DNA of 64,000 nucleotides from Oculina patagonica (lineage: Eukaryota): contig NC_135760.1 in the NCBI RefSeq assembly GCF_052425735.1, forward strand, positions 19,158,001-19,222,000, read 5' to 3'. Every line of letters begins with the position of its first letter. Position 1 is the first letter of the stretch. A program made the position numbers and the translations under genes. This document shows, in pieces, positions 1-14,200 of the stretch. The notes under the pieces are model-generated. The model was not told the DNA's origin and did no database searches. It saw only the letters and a list, made by a program, of their open reading frames with translations.

Positions 1-477
1 ACTAAGAAATATTGAAAATTTAATGTGAATTTAACATTGGAATTTGAAGTTAGAAATTGGCAGACGGACACCAAACAGTCCCGTGACATCCTGGAGTGTT
101 TTTGCATGGGGGTCAACTGTGTGATGATGTTTCCATTTTTTTCTTCAATCCCCACTGATAAAGAACTGTTGTTGGTGTTATGTTGGTGTTATCACATGTC
201 AAGCCTTTAACAAGGTATGAAAGAACACAAGGATTTAAATTATTCTGGTGCTCAATTTTTGCGTAACTAAAATTAATGTTACTCAAATTCCTGATGGATT
301 CTGTCTTAAACTGTTACGAGCTTAGTATTTCCAAATTATTGCATGTCAATGTAAGGCAAGACAAGACATGCCTTGGTTCTTATGTAATTCTCTTAAAAAC
401 ATATAAGATATTGACTATAATTTTGTCTGTGCTATGGCAATTCACAGTAGGGTGGTCTTGATGTGTCTTTAACTTGT

Positions 478-1463
478 GGACTGGACTGGACTAGTAAAAC
501 GCGGACTAGTAAAACGCGGACTAGTAAAACGCGGACTAGTAAAACGCGGACTTGTAAAACGCCTCTAGACACTTCCTTGGCCACAATCACCTTACAGCTC
601 TCTTTAATACATAATGTTTCAAAAAACAGTAACCTCAGAAAGAAGTCAGAAGCAAATAAGGTCGAAAGACCGAATTTGAACATATAACGGCAAATGTTCT
701 AATGTCACGAACGTAGGAGCCGTGTAGGCCCGTCACCTTTATTTACCACATACTGCCCCCAAATTAAAACAGTACCCTCAGAAAGAAGTCAGAAGCAAAT
801 AAGGTCGAAAGACCGAATTTAAACATTTAACGGCAAATATTCTAATGTCACGAACGTCGGAGTCGTGTAGGCCCGTCACCTTTATTTATCATTGACTGTT
901 GATTTCTGGACGGGCCCCGTTCTACCTCGTGCGAGCAATACAAACGACTGCACTCAACAGACGTCAAGTAGTGGAAAGAAAGAAACATATGCACACAACT
1001 CATAGCATCAATCCCGTTGTTTTAGTAGGGGTTTGCAGAACGAACATGTGCTATACTGCAAAAACATCTCCACGCTAAAACAGACCATAGAGTGCTCAAA
1101 AAAGCTAGAAATATGCCGTCGAAGAAACACACAAGAGCTTCAAACACAAATTGTTTCGCTCGCTAAACCGTTTAGTTTTATCCGATTTACAAGCGCTTGT
1201 TTTACAAGTCCGCGTTCTACAAGTCCGTGCTTAACAAGCCCTCGTTTTACAAGTCCGCGTTTTACAAGTCCGCGTTTTACTAGTCCGCGTTTTACAAGTC
1301 CGCGTTTTACTAGTCCGCCTTTTACAAGTCCGCGTTTTACCTGAGTCCGCGTTTTACTAGTCCGCGTTTTACAAGTCCGCGTTTTACTAGTCCGCGTTAT
1401 ACTAGTCTGCGTTTTACAAGTCCGCGTTTTACTAGTCCGCGTTTTACTAGTCCAGTCCAGTCC
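478..1463. mobile_element. Foldback/MITE-like element with inverted arrays of a 15-bp tandem repeat (GGACTAGTAAAACGC)
   Basis: GGACTGGACTGGACTAGTAAAACGC... at 478-560 is mirrored by (GCGTTTTACWAGTCC)n...GTCCAGTCCAGTCC at ~1190-1463. An internal ~125-bp segment is duplicated (~622-745 vs ~766-888). No TSD identified. Confidence 0.7.
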
Positions 1464-3036
1464 TCGAAATACAGTATGCCAAAACTCCCCGCCCTCTAAA
1501 GATAAGTCCTTGACGGTTCTTGTCGTTTTTCGGTGCCTATTCATCTTCGGCATCTTTCTCATCCACCTCTCGTTCTGTCCTGTGTCTGTCATCACACGAA
1601 AGAAAAGCTGATTCTCAAAAAATCTGCCACAAAAGGAAATTGACAAAAACAATATGAAAACCATATATCGAAAGTTTCTTATTCTAAAATTTTATCATAC
1701 GTCTTAATTCAGAGCTACAAAGAAGTTCCTCCTTTTGAGTTATTGATACTGTTCTTACAGTACCTCTAGCGAAATTTTACAAAATTCCTTCGCGGCGAAA
1801 AGGTAGCGCGAATCCAGAACAGACTCCAATCGAGAGTGGGTTAATTCTAGATTACTATTAATTAACTATTACAACATTCATTTTTAAAATAGTTTCCCAA
1901 GCCGACTAAGCTAACTAAACGTCGAGTGTATCTTTCAGTAAACAAAACATGCCGTTATGACGCCGGAAATCCAGCTCACGCATACTATACCCCGTGACTC
2001 ACGCAAACCTCCGACTTACGTGCTACTACAGTCATTCCTTTCTAAACATTTTTTTTTGACCACCACCGTACCTTTCTACCCAAAAAACTCATGAAACCGC
2101 CCGGTTTTAACCTGTTTTAACCTTTCAAAAATTAGAGCGTTCGAAACTAAATAAGATCCGTAATCACAAACAACATACAGCCGTTTACCAGCACTCTTTA
2201 AAACTCCTGAAACCCTTCAAAATCAGGCAAAATAAATCTTTGAAATAACCTTTATCAATGTTTCTTATTTTTTATTCAGTTCTATAAAATGCCTTTCATA
2301 CACTACTGTCAAACAAAAATTTCAATTTCCTCAAAGTTTCAAGACAAAAGCATAACAAATATTTCGTGCACAATGTAATTTGATTAAGCCAATATTATCA
2401 CGTCTAAAAATACTTCAAGCAATTCAGTGAAAACCCGTTTTTTTTTTCGTATCAACGAAAACCACTTTCGAATAATCAATACATGAAAATAACAATAAGA
2501 TCAAAAGGAAGAAAGGAACCTTTCTAATTATTTGAAGACTTTCAAAGCCGTGATATTATGCATCCAATCCGCGATAAAATTTAATTACAACAAAATCCAA
2601 GTTCTCATTTTGAAGTCCATTTTTTTCAGTTGATACCTTTATCCAACTTGTGAAAAATTCCATTCAAGTTCCTATTAATACTGTACATTCCCAATGTTTT
2701 GCTCAGGTCTTCAGAAGCGTCTTACTAACCAAATCTAAAATAATTCCAAAACATGTTGTACAAACATTCTTCTCTTTGTGACAAACGACTTGACGACCAA
2801 TTGTTCAGAAATGAAAATCGACACAGTTCTTCCTAAATAAAAAAAAAGTTTTACGGCGGAATCAGGCTCAAAAAATATACCGCAAGATCACACCCCCATT
2901 CATAGTCAGAAACCAGCAAACCATCTAGTTTGCTAAAAAAAACACTGCGTGACATCAATGACGTTACCTTTTTCATTTACAAAAATAACTTTAACTTGTC
3001 AAAGTAAGTGCAATTTCACAATGGTGAATATCAGTA

Positions 3037-5106
3037 CAGTATGGGACCCAGTTCTCGGCCGGATCCAGTTCTCGGCCACTTTGTGTTTAACGCGTTTTTT
3101 CACACTCCAGTTGAATTAAAAGAAAAAGGTAATTCCTTCAAACGATAGACTGATTCATGTGCTTTAAGTATCTTGAGTTTGATCGTTCAATTCGATATAG
3201 AAAGCTCACACGTCGAGTTTACGCGGAGGTAGGTGAATTTGCATTCCCGAAAAATTTGTTTGTTTACGGCTCCTTAAAATTCATGGATGTAGTTAAATTC
3301 GTATTTTATCCAAAAGCCCCCACCATACCAGCTAATTTTTGGCATGTGAAACGTAGAATAATTCAGCTTTCTGCTTTAGTTAACTTTTCGTTGAACCGTT
3401 GTATTTTTTGGTCTTAATTTACTTCGAAATTTTTTCTTGCGACGTTTGCGTATTTGCCAGTTCTCGACCACCCTGCTAGCTATCACAGCTTAGCGCTTGG
3501 TTTTTAATATAATTTCATCTGCTGCTGCCAGAATGAAAGAAATAAATGTTTTAAAAATAAAGTTCAATCTTATCTCTAAGTTTTAAGCTGACTCTTGTCT
3601 TGTCTATTATTTCTACAACACTTAAATCTTTCAAGACGTACCTTTTCACTGCAAAATAAACCATCTAAATGCACGGGTCACACAATGCGGTTTTGCCAGA
3701 ACCTGCACATAAGCAACTAGGCGCGTTGAAATCCTTCTTTTCTAAAGTAAAACAAAGCCTCATAAAAATAATTTGGGATCGATATAACATAAATAGGTTT
3801 ACAGAGTGATTTTATGACTATGAAAATTAATTGAGCATTTTTTTTACAGATAATTACGCACAAGCTTTTTAGTGGCCGACAACTGGGCCAAGGTGGCCGA
3901 GAACTGCGCCAACAAATGGAGCTTTTATTTTTATTATTGCTCGGGCAAATAATTTTTTGACCGGTCGATAGCTTTACACCAAAAAGCTGAATAATGTAGC
4001 TAGCTCTGGGAGAAATTTCAAGTTCCTGCGGTTCTTCTGAGGTAAGAAATACAAGTTTACGTCAAAAATGGCCGAGAACTGGGCCAAGGTGGCCGAGAAC
4101 TGGGCCCACAAATGGAGCTTTTATTTTTATTATTGCTCGGGCAAATTAATTTTTGACCGGTCGATAGCTTTACACCAAAAAGCTGAATAATGTAGCTAGC
4201 TCTGGGAGAAATTTCAAGTTCCTGCGGTTCTTCTGAGGTAAGAAATACAAGTTTACGTCAAAAGTGGCCGAGAACTGGGCCCCATACTGTACTTTGCCCA
4301 TGGATGTAGTTAAATTCGTATTTTATCCAAAAGCCCCCACCATACCAGCTAATTTTTGGCATGTGAAACGTAGAATAATTCATCTTTCTGCTTTAGTTAA
4401 CTTTTCGTTGAACCGTTGTATTTTTTGGTCTTAATTTACTTCGAAATTTTTTCTTGCGACGTTTGCGTATTTGCCAGTTCTCGGCCACCCTGCTCGCTAT
4501 CACAGCTTAGCGCTTGGTTTTTAATATAATTTCATCTGCTGCTGCCAGAATGAAAGAAATAAATGTTTTAAAAATAAAGTTCAATCTTATCTCTAAGTTT
4601 TGAGCTGACTCTTGTCTTGTCTATTATTTCTACAACACCTAAATCTTTCAAGACCTTTTCACTGCAAAATAAACCGTCTAAATGCACGGGTCACACAATG
4701 CGGTTTTGCCAGAACCTGCACATAGGCAACTAGGCGCGTTAAAATCCTTCTTTTCTAAAGTAAAACAAAGCCTCATAAAAATAATTTGGGATCGATATAA
4801 CATAAATAGGTTTACAGAGTGATTTTATGACTATGAAAATTAATTGAGCATTTTTTTTACAGATAATTACGCACAAGCTTTTTAGTGGCCGACAACTGGG
4901 CCAAGGTGGCCGAGAACTGGGCCCACAAATGGAGCTTTTATTTTTATTATTGCTCGGGCAAATTAATTTTTGACCGGTCGATAGCTTTACACCAAAAAGC
5001 TGAATAATGTAGCTAGCTCTGGGAGAAATTTCAAGTTCCTGCGGTTCTTCTGAGGTAAGAAATACAAGTTTACGTCAAAAGTGGCCGAGAACTGGGCCCC
5101 ATACTG
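3037..5106. mobile_element. Tc1/mariner-type MITE (TA TSD) with tandemly duplicated 3' part
   Basis: TA|CAGTATGGGACCCAGTTCTCGGCC at 3035-3060; GGCCGAGAACTGGGCCCCATACTG|TA ends at 4289 and again at 5106. 4299-5114 duplicates 3282-4297, apart from an extra ~200-bp internal repeat in the first copy. Confidence 0.8.
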
Positions 5107-8100
5107 TACTTTGCACCGTAAGCTTTTTTCTCTGTCCTTCCGCCGAAGCAAAAAAACACAACCTGATTACACATTAACCCAAAAGTCGACCAAGTGTGCC
5201 TGCAACGATTTCCTGTCAAAACTAAAATGAAAACCATTGCGGTATGCGTCACCCGTAGCGGTTTTGTAGCAACCCCGAGCTATCCCCGTCTTTTTGGCCG
5301 CGCCAGGAGACTACGCTCTAGGACGACCAAAGGGTAAACCTTAAATCGGCCACGCCCGATTAATAACAAGCAGGTCCTAAGCCAGCCAATTAAATCCCGT
5401 ATTGTCTGATCGACGTTCCGTTTTGTATTCTCATTATTTATTCAACAGTTAAAAGACTTCTGGTCTCTGTGAGTTTTGACTACAGGTCGTCAAGAAGCTG
5501 TGTTTGACGGAAAGAAGAACTTTGACTGGCGGAGGTATGTGTTGTTTAGAAAACAAGTTTGTGAAAAGTGGATTATTGTTAGGATAAATTGTTATTTTAT
5601 GATAGTATCATATGAAGCGGGTAATACTGATAAGCGTAGCATCAGGGCCCTATTGGCACTCTGTGGGAAGACATTGTGACACAATCGACTATTGCCACTC
5701 GTAGCCTACGTCAAGTATGAGATTCTAATTGGTATTGATGAAAATATCATTTTGTGTGACTATGCTAAGAAGGCGGTTGAAATAAAAGAGTCCTTCAAGG
5801 TTTAACGCAGCGATAAAATCAAAACGACAAAATTATCGGTACTCTCGAAATGTAGAAATACCTGCTTTTGGTAACTGGTAACTGACATACCGGCCCGTAA
5901 GGTTTGACTACAGAGAACCTGGCGGAGAAGACTGTTTTAAAACTTGTCATTGAATGGGAGAATGAGGGCGGATCTGTATTCAAACTAACTCAAAAGAAAA
6001 TTGCATTGATTCACTGAATTCTAGGTAAAAAATGGAGCGGCAATTATATCTCTAACTGGAGTCAGCTCAACTGGCAACTAATTACTTTAAATATCAAAAC
6101 AAAGGCCAGAAAACCAGTGTTTGGGTTAATTCTGTTAGCCCAAAGACAAAAGTCGTGTGTCTTAGTTATAAATGACTTGTAGGAACTCTTAATCCCTATT
6201 ATTCGCTTCTTGAATCTTCGACTCATTTTACCTTAATTATCACACTCTTTCAAACGAGGAGAAAACTGGCGTGAAAAACTAACGTAAAAGTGCTAAAACA
6301 CCAGCAAACACTGAGATGTTTTAATGCTTCATTTGTTGCGATCCTCCCTTTTTTATAAATGAGGGTGTTGTTAAGTAAAACCCCTTAATTTATTCGATTA
6401 TAAAATTTCTAATTATATTTGAGCTCTTCTGTAGTGTTTAAATTCTGAGAATACTGAGGAAATTTGATGAAGGTTTTGTAAATGTTGTAGTTTAAAATGA
6501 ACTTTAGATCAAAATGATTTTAAACTAGTTTGATCAAGTTGTTTTCTCAGTCGTTTGTTCCAGATTTATTAATTTCTAGTAATCCTTAAACAACGAAAAG
6601 TACAAATCAAACCAGTTTGAAACCATTTTACCTGAAATTCATTTTAAACTACAAAATGGACGCAATTAAGTTGTCTCGCCATGTTATGATAGCAAACATT
6701 TACAATTTGTCGCAGATAAAAAAATACTAATATAACGGGAGTCGGAAAAATATTAATATGCTATGCGAAATGTATAAAAATTAAATACTAAACACTTACG
6801 TCAAAAAAGCATCGAAGTAAAAAACAAAAGACTCGATACACGATACACGATACACGATATTTAAAATATGACAAATAGCCACAAAATATGGATTCAATTA
6901 ACATGAGTAACCAACGCCTGTGAGAATTTTCACTTACTGTCTTGAGATACTAGTGAAGTTGATGAAAGGTTCTGGGAATATATAGGCTGCGGCTGTAAAG
7001 CTGTATGTATGTGGTTAACGTTTGGAAAAGGCTTAACTGCTAGCTAAAAGCTGGCATTCTATTCAGAACTTTTTTGCTTAATTTATTAAAATATAAAAGT
7101 CTTGCCTCTTGAACACTAAAAGACATAATTTTTGTTTGGATGAAAATGTTACCAAAATGGCTCTACATTAGAAAGACATTTATATGGGCAATATTATTTC
7201 CCGCGCGAAATTGGCCAATTAAAGGCTGAAAAAAAAATCCCGTATTTTAAGGTCATTTCTCTGAAATAATAGAGCCTTCAGTGAGTTTTTGTCGAACTTT
7301 GCCTATTCATTGTTTATCTTACAGTCTGAAATAAAATTGGAGGGGGGGGGGGGGGGGGGGGGGGGTCACAATCCCTTGTTAAATTCAAATATAATAAAAT
7401 ACTGCAATATCACAGCGACAAACCGATGAGTGGTGCCGGATCTATTGAAGACCTGGATCAGTAACTAAGTTAAAACGGAAAAACGGGATGAGGTGAACGT
7501 CGTTTATGGAATGGCCGGGCTGGTTGAAATGAATAGATACTGGTGTAGGAATGTCCGGCAAGCTCATGGTGGTTGAGAATTGATCTCAGTTGTTAAATTC
7601 ACGTTTCTGACGATTGTTTCTTATTCTGGACTGGTGATCAGTCTATATCTATTTTACAGAAAGGAAATTATTGCTCAATTCAAACCAAGAGAAACAAAAT
7701 GGTCATCGCCATGCTCACCGTTTACGAGAAAATAATGATTTACCTCCCTTGCGCGTTAACAAGCCGCCATTTCTTTTGTGTGCGCGCATAAACACGTGTG
7801 AAATTGACATTATGCGCAGTAGAGATGAGCAATGCCATACTAAGGATTAACAAGAAATAGCGGCCATATGCTGCAGTTATATAATGATGTTCCGTATTCT
7901 CTATTGTGATGAAGAGAACAGAGCTTCACAACATGAACAGATGTATGACTGAGCAACTTTGTCCTTTCGTAGTGAATGTCATACCAATAATCTCCCCGAT
8001 TAGTGAGGAGATCTGGGTACTAAATTTCGTTCAAAGATGTAAAAAATTAACCAACTGGCACAGTCGTAATTTGACAGTTATAACTAGTTATTGTGAAAAA

Positions 8101-8186
8101 TAACAACGACACTCAATGCCATTTAGTTTAAATAGTTAGTGTACTTATTCATGGTTGTCTTTATTCACTTCAGGAACTCGTCCAAC

Positions 8187-8286
8187 ATGTTTTTCCAAAC
8201 GTGTTTTGGAACGTTATTCGTGTTTCTGGCAACAGTCAAGGCGGCACCGTCACCCATCCCCAATCCGAAAGTCGCTCCTTCTCCAG
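8187..8286 (+). CDS. NOWA-like exon 1: signal peptide and Pro-rich linker
   Basis: MFFQTCFGTLFVFLATVKA|APSPIPNPKVAPSP; acceptor CAG at 8171-8173, donor G|GTAAT at 8287. Confidence 0.75.
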
Positions 8287-11200
8287 GTAATGTACCCAAG
8301 CTGCTAAATCGGTTCTCTATCGAAGCCTGAAATTTGCAGACTGCAGACTAAAGAGTATTCCATTACCATTATTGAGAGCTACCGTAACTTGAACAGGCCA
8401 AGCGCAGTGCTATCAAGGCTAACCGGAACGCTATTTGGGCTAACCGGAGTGAAGGTCTGCAAGTGCTTCATCGGTCACAAATGTACATAGCAACGATATT
8501 ATTAAACAGTAAATAAATCTGAAGTTGCTTAGACCTTCGTGTCCCCCTTCGTACCCCCTCTACTAACTATGGTATACGTTTAGAGACGAAGGATCGATTG
8601 AGGAACAAAAGTAGGAGAGTCTGTGAGTTTGTAGAACTGAATGTCAAATCATTTTCTCTATAGCTTATGTTAAAGTATACTTACCATAAAAGGTAATATA
8701 CGAGACACAGCCAAGCATGGGGAATATCTGAGTATTCCCCTAATTTTTCAAAATTATATTTTATGTTCGCATAAAAATTTTAAACGCGTGCAAGAATAGT
8801 ACTTTATATTTACTTTATTTTATAGCATATTTACAGCTTTGGCTTTCTTACCCCAAGCAGTTAGCCTCCATTTGGCTCAAAAACATGAACGGAATTTGGT
8901 CTTTAGACATTTTCTGTTCAACGAAGCTAACAGTCAGTCCTTGAGTTTCGTTCTTGGAAAACTGTTGTACATATTTTTGCGACCGAAAGTTTTATTAATT
9001 TTGAGAGTTAACAAAATATTTGCTTATTGCCTTTCACAGGCTCTCAAGTTGAATTGTTTCTGGAGAAAGAACTGCAGCTGATAAACAAATACCGCTTGAT
9101 GCACGCTGCTGCTCCTCTCCAGCTCTCTCTCGACCTGACCAACAAGGCCGAGTTATGGGCCACGGAACTGGCCAATCAGGACAAAGAGAAAATTGACGTG
9201 AACTCTAAATATGGTCAGAACATTTTCTCGACCAAGGAAGCTAACGACGCTGTTACCAAAAGCGTGCAAACGTGGTACAATCAAATCAGATTTTACGATT
9301 TTCACAGCGCCAAAGGATCGCTCAAGTCATCTTATTTCACGCAGCTGGTGTGGGTGGGCTCCCAGTCAGTCGGGATAGGAAAGGCGCAGAGTGCAAGTGG
9401 GAAAACCTTCATTGTGGCTCTGTTTGATCCTCCTGGAAACAAGGGAAACTATCTGCATAACGTGTTGCCGGTTACAGGTAAGAAAAGCATGTTTGAGGTA
9501 TATTGACAAGGTAAAGTTTTTAAGATAACTGTCGAGGTTTGGTATGAAAAAGTGATGAAAAAACTCTTACAGTAATACGACTTGTAAAACCATCGTGGTC
9601 TTGAACCAAGTCCGTTATCATAGCTTTCCCAAATGGTTAGCGACAGGTCTCAATCCCTGACCAGAAAAAGTGAACTCAAGACTTTTTGGATTGTTAGAAG
9701 GCAGTCTTGATAAGCAGTCTTGGCTTACAAAGATTTCCGGGAGGCGTTTGTTACGCAAGCACGTAACAATATGTGTCAAATTGTAAGCTCAAAGACTCTT
9801 CTTTCGCAGATTTAGAGTTAATTGGGTAAACAAAATGGGAAGGGTATTGATGCAGACATCGATCCCTGGGTACTGTCTTCATAAGTGCATTCTTAGTTCG
9901 TAGACTTGTAAGACACTTTACCCTCTCTGTGATTTTCTTTCCGTCGTGGGTAACCTGCGGTGACTCCACTTCCATCACATCTTGATGAGGAGTAGTCATA
10001 ATGCAAGTTGCTTTAGCTTTTATGCTAAGGAGGAAAGTAAACTGAATTTTCACTAATTAGTTGGAAGCTGGTTGAAAGGGTTGGCAGCAATGCTTTGCCC
10101 GTACACCGACGTTCGATTGCTTGCCCATCATTAAAGGAGCAACAAGTTCTAGCCATCATATGCAAAAGAGCTCCTAAGTCAGCAAGCAAAGTGTCTGTTA
10201 AATAGACTGACAACTTGCCACAATCTTCGACTGGTAGTCCTTTAAAATTCGGCAGCTGAAAGAGAATTTTCCACAGTTCTGAAGAAAACATCATTTCTTA
10301 TTACACCAATTAATAATGCTTTATCTACAAATTGAGTCTACAGCTGTCAGTTAAGTTGTACGTTTCTGTTTCATAGCATAGTAAGAACAGATTGAAAAGG
10401 ACAATTCATAGAGGAATACTAAGCCTATTTCTTAAAAGTCTCCTAAACTACCGCTGCGTAGGAGACTAATGACTAATGACGTGCAACCTCGTAACCAGGG
10501 TCTTCGTGCGCAGTAAGGAACGAAACTCGATGTACGAGATTGTAATTAAAATGACGTGACAAGCGTATGTAAATATGCCTTTTCATGGACCAGTGCGTGT
10601 TCGTCACACACCTTTCATTAGTAATAGAATATTAAACAAGATTCTCGTGTTACGACCAGCAGGCCACTTTTTCTAGCTTTACTCATGAAGGTCATTTGTG
10701 CAGGACATGGAAAAACGGGCACTAAATCAATTGCCAAAGCTTTGCGGCACCTTGGGTTTACGGTATTTGACTGGGAAGAGCAGGCCTTTGACTTTCTGGA
10801 TCATTGGGTCGATGTTTTCCAAAATGGCACCAAGCCAGATGTGAAACGAGTTTACAAGAATGCTGATGCAGTCGTGGATTTCCCAGGAGCCTTTTTCTAC
10901 GAAGAAATACTGGAAGCTTTTCCTGACTGTAAAGTGCTTCTGAGCGAACGAGAGGAAGATTCGTGGATAAAAAGCCTTGTGCGTCAACTGGAAGCGATTT
11001 TTGCCGACCGATCCCAGATTCGATCCATGCTATCGCCAACAACGAGGAAAATGGATTATATTTTGGACTCCTACATTACTGCCACCATTGGCTCTTGTAA
11101 TACAAAGTCCACCTATGTTTTCAGAAAGCGATATCGTATCCACAACCACCGTGTTAAGTCGACTGTTCCCGCTGACAAGCTGTTGGTGTACAACGTAAAA

Positions 11201-14200
11201 CAAGGATGGAAGCCATTGTGTGATTTCTTGGGGTGCGAGGTCCCGACTGATCCCTTCCCACATGAGAACGTCAAAGCTGAAATTAGCAAGACGGCGTTGC
11301 TCATAAGCAGATGTGGCCGGCAGATAAAATGGGAAATGCTGAGAGGTCTTTTGGCAATCGGTTCAGTTCTTGTAATGATTGTAGCAACATTTCTGGCGAT
11401 CTGTTTGAATCAGTAAAATTGACCTCAAGGTAACTAACAACAATGACTTGTTTATTATGCTTTATTCATGATGTTTAGTTTGTTTATCCGATAAAGAAGT
11501 TGTGGCTCATTTAACTTTTTCGTGTATTGTCAGTTCATGAAAAGACTCTCTAAAAACTGGAAGCGTAAATTTAGCCTTAAAGTTCATCGTGTTCATTTTG
11601 TGTAATTGTCGTTAAATTTTAGATGGCTCTGATCCCCCTTCGAATAAGGTTTCTAAACTTTGCACAAATTTGATGTTCTATTAATCACAACAATAAAACC
11701 AGTGGTCATCGAGCTTTTTCTTGAGTGACAAGCACAAATTTGAAATTAAAATTGTGGGTATCTTAAACAGGTTATACTGTTGCTATGGTAAACTTAGGCT
11801 CGATTTCCGCCGTCTTCTCGGGGCTCATTGTCCCAAAAAAAGCGGCTGGGAATCGAGCCAATGGTAAACTGTTATGTCACAACAAAAATGACCACAACTT
11901 GTTCAGTGTGTTCACCAGTGATTGGGTATTTGTTTGACACCATTTTTGTGGCATTGGCTTGTAAAGAGTGGTGGCATTTTTCCATTAAAGTATTGGTGTC
12001 CGTCTACTAATTTTTAACTTCAAAACATTTAATCTTCAACAATCCTTTTTTAACAAATTTTATTAATCCTTTGAGAAAAACTATCTCCTCCCAAACACCC
12101 CCCACAATAACCAAAAAATTTACAAAACACCGCAATACATAATTTGGTGCACAGGTAATGAGCAGAGAGTTCTTATTTTCGGGGGACTTGTCAAAAAATC
12201 GCGAAATTAAAGACCTGCGGAAACGTATTTTTAACGTTACATAATAAGGTGAGGAGACTAATGGCGTGACATAGACCTGTATATAGATTTTGCTCAGCAA
12301 CGTTTTGGTAACGTTAAGTGTTTCGAGCAACCTTTTGTACGCAACCTACTGAGAACAAATGAGCCATCTGATGTATTAACAAACAAAATGAACTCAAAAT
12401 CTGCAGTTGTTTTGATTGCGCAGTAAGGAACGAACATGTGAACGAAGATTGATGACGTGACAGAAAGCTTGTGCAATAACACATACTGCAAATGTGCCTC
12501 AGTTTCATGGACCAGTGCGTGTCAGTCACTAGTAATAGAATATTAAACAAAATTCTCGAGTTACACGCGAAGCAGAAAATTACGGCCTTAAATTGGACAT
12601 CGCATCAGCGGAGCAGGCAATTCTTTTTAGCTTTACTCATGAAGGTCATTTGTGCAGGACGTGGAAAAACGGGTACTAAATCAATTGCCAAAGCCTTGCG
12701 GCACCTTGGGTTTACGGTATTGACTGGGAAGAGCAGAGCTTTGACTTTATGGATCACTGGGTCGATGTTTTCCAAAATGGCACCAAGCCAGATGTGAAAC
12801 GAGTTTACCAGAATGCTGATGAAGTCGTGGGTTTTCCTGGATACTTTTTCTACGAAGAAATACTGGAAGCTTTTCCTGACTGTAAAGTGATCCTGAGCGA
12901 ACGGGAGGAAGATTCGTGGGTAAAAAGTTTTGTGCGTCAACGGGAAGCGAGTTATGCCAACCGATCCAAGATTCAATCCCTTTTATCACCAACATTTAGA
13001 AAAATGGCGTACATTATGGATTCGAATTCCCACATTACTGCCATCAGTTGCTCTTTAAACCCCAAGTCCACCTATGTTTTTAGAAAGCTATTTCGCATCC
13101 ACAACCACCGTGTAAAGTCGATTGTTCCCGCTGATAAGCTGTTGGTGTACAACGTAAAACAAGGATGGAAGCCATTGTGTGATCTCTTGGGGTGCGAGGT
13201 CCCGACTGATCCCTTTCCACATGAGAACGTCAAAGCTGAAATTAGCAAGACGGCGTTTCTCGTAACCAGATGTGGCCGGCAGATAAAATGGGAAGTACAG
13301 AGAGGTCTTTTCGCAATCGGTTCAGTTCTTGTAATAATTGTAGCAATCTTTCTGGCGATCTGCTTATATCAGTAAAATTGACCTCAAGGTGACTAACAAC
13401 AATGACTTTTTTATATTTCTTTATTCATCATGTTTAGTTTGTTTTTGATCCGATAAAAGAGTTATACCGCATTACGAGGTCTCATTGTCAGTTCGTAAAG
13501 ACTCTCTAAAAACTGGAAGGGTAAATTTATCATTAAGCTTTATTCGTTTTCATTTTGTGTAATTGTTGTAAATATTTTAGATGGCTTTGATCCTCGAACA
13601 AGTATTTTAAACATAACAAACATTTGTATCGTACTATGCTAATCACAACTCGACAATAAAACTAGTGGTCATAGACCTTGTTCTTGAATGACAAACACAC
13701 TCACATTTTGAATCATTTTGGGGTGTCTTTGACAGGTTATACTGTTGCTATAGTAACCCGCCAAAGTGACCACAACTTGTTCAGTGTGTTCACCAATGAT
13801 TGGGTATTTGTTGGATACCATTTTTGGTATTAACTGTTAAAGAGTGGCAGCATTTATCCGTCAATGTATAACAGTTGGAAAATACTGGAAACCCTTACCA
13901 ACCACATCTAAATAGGAGGATTCAACATGGTGGATGGCCAAAATGAACCATTTGTTACGATACCTCCTCCGAAGACCTCAGAAAAGAAGATTCATGGGTA
14001 AAAAGATTTGGAATGAAAAGGGACGAAATTTGTGCAGGAGCCCAAAAAGAACTGAAAGCGGGAAGGCCCAAGCTTATTCTTTTATTCTGTTTAGCGCAAT
14101 CGAACAGAAATCAAGTTTAATTTAACAAGACATCGCTGCGTAGAACACAAGAGCAAAATACTTCCGAGCAGTTAGAATGGAACACTACAATGTATAAACG

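Noticed and set aside
432-1664. ORFs with (KTRTS)n, (VKRGL)n, (FTSPR)n repeats; CRISPR-like appearance
   Set aside because: Translations of a 15-bp tandem repeat with no unique spacers, in a eukaryotic context
5486-5534. Possible non-coding 5' exon of the NOWA-like gene (TACAG|...GAG|GTATGT)
   Set aside because: Splice-like signals only; cannot be supported without transcripts
9751-10294. Two adjacent minus-strand ORFs (100 and 89 aa)
   Set aside because: No recognisable motif or splice structure; possibly a decayed element
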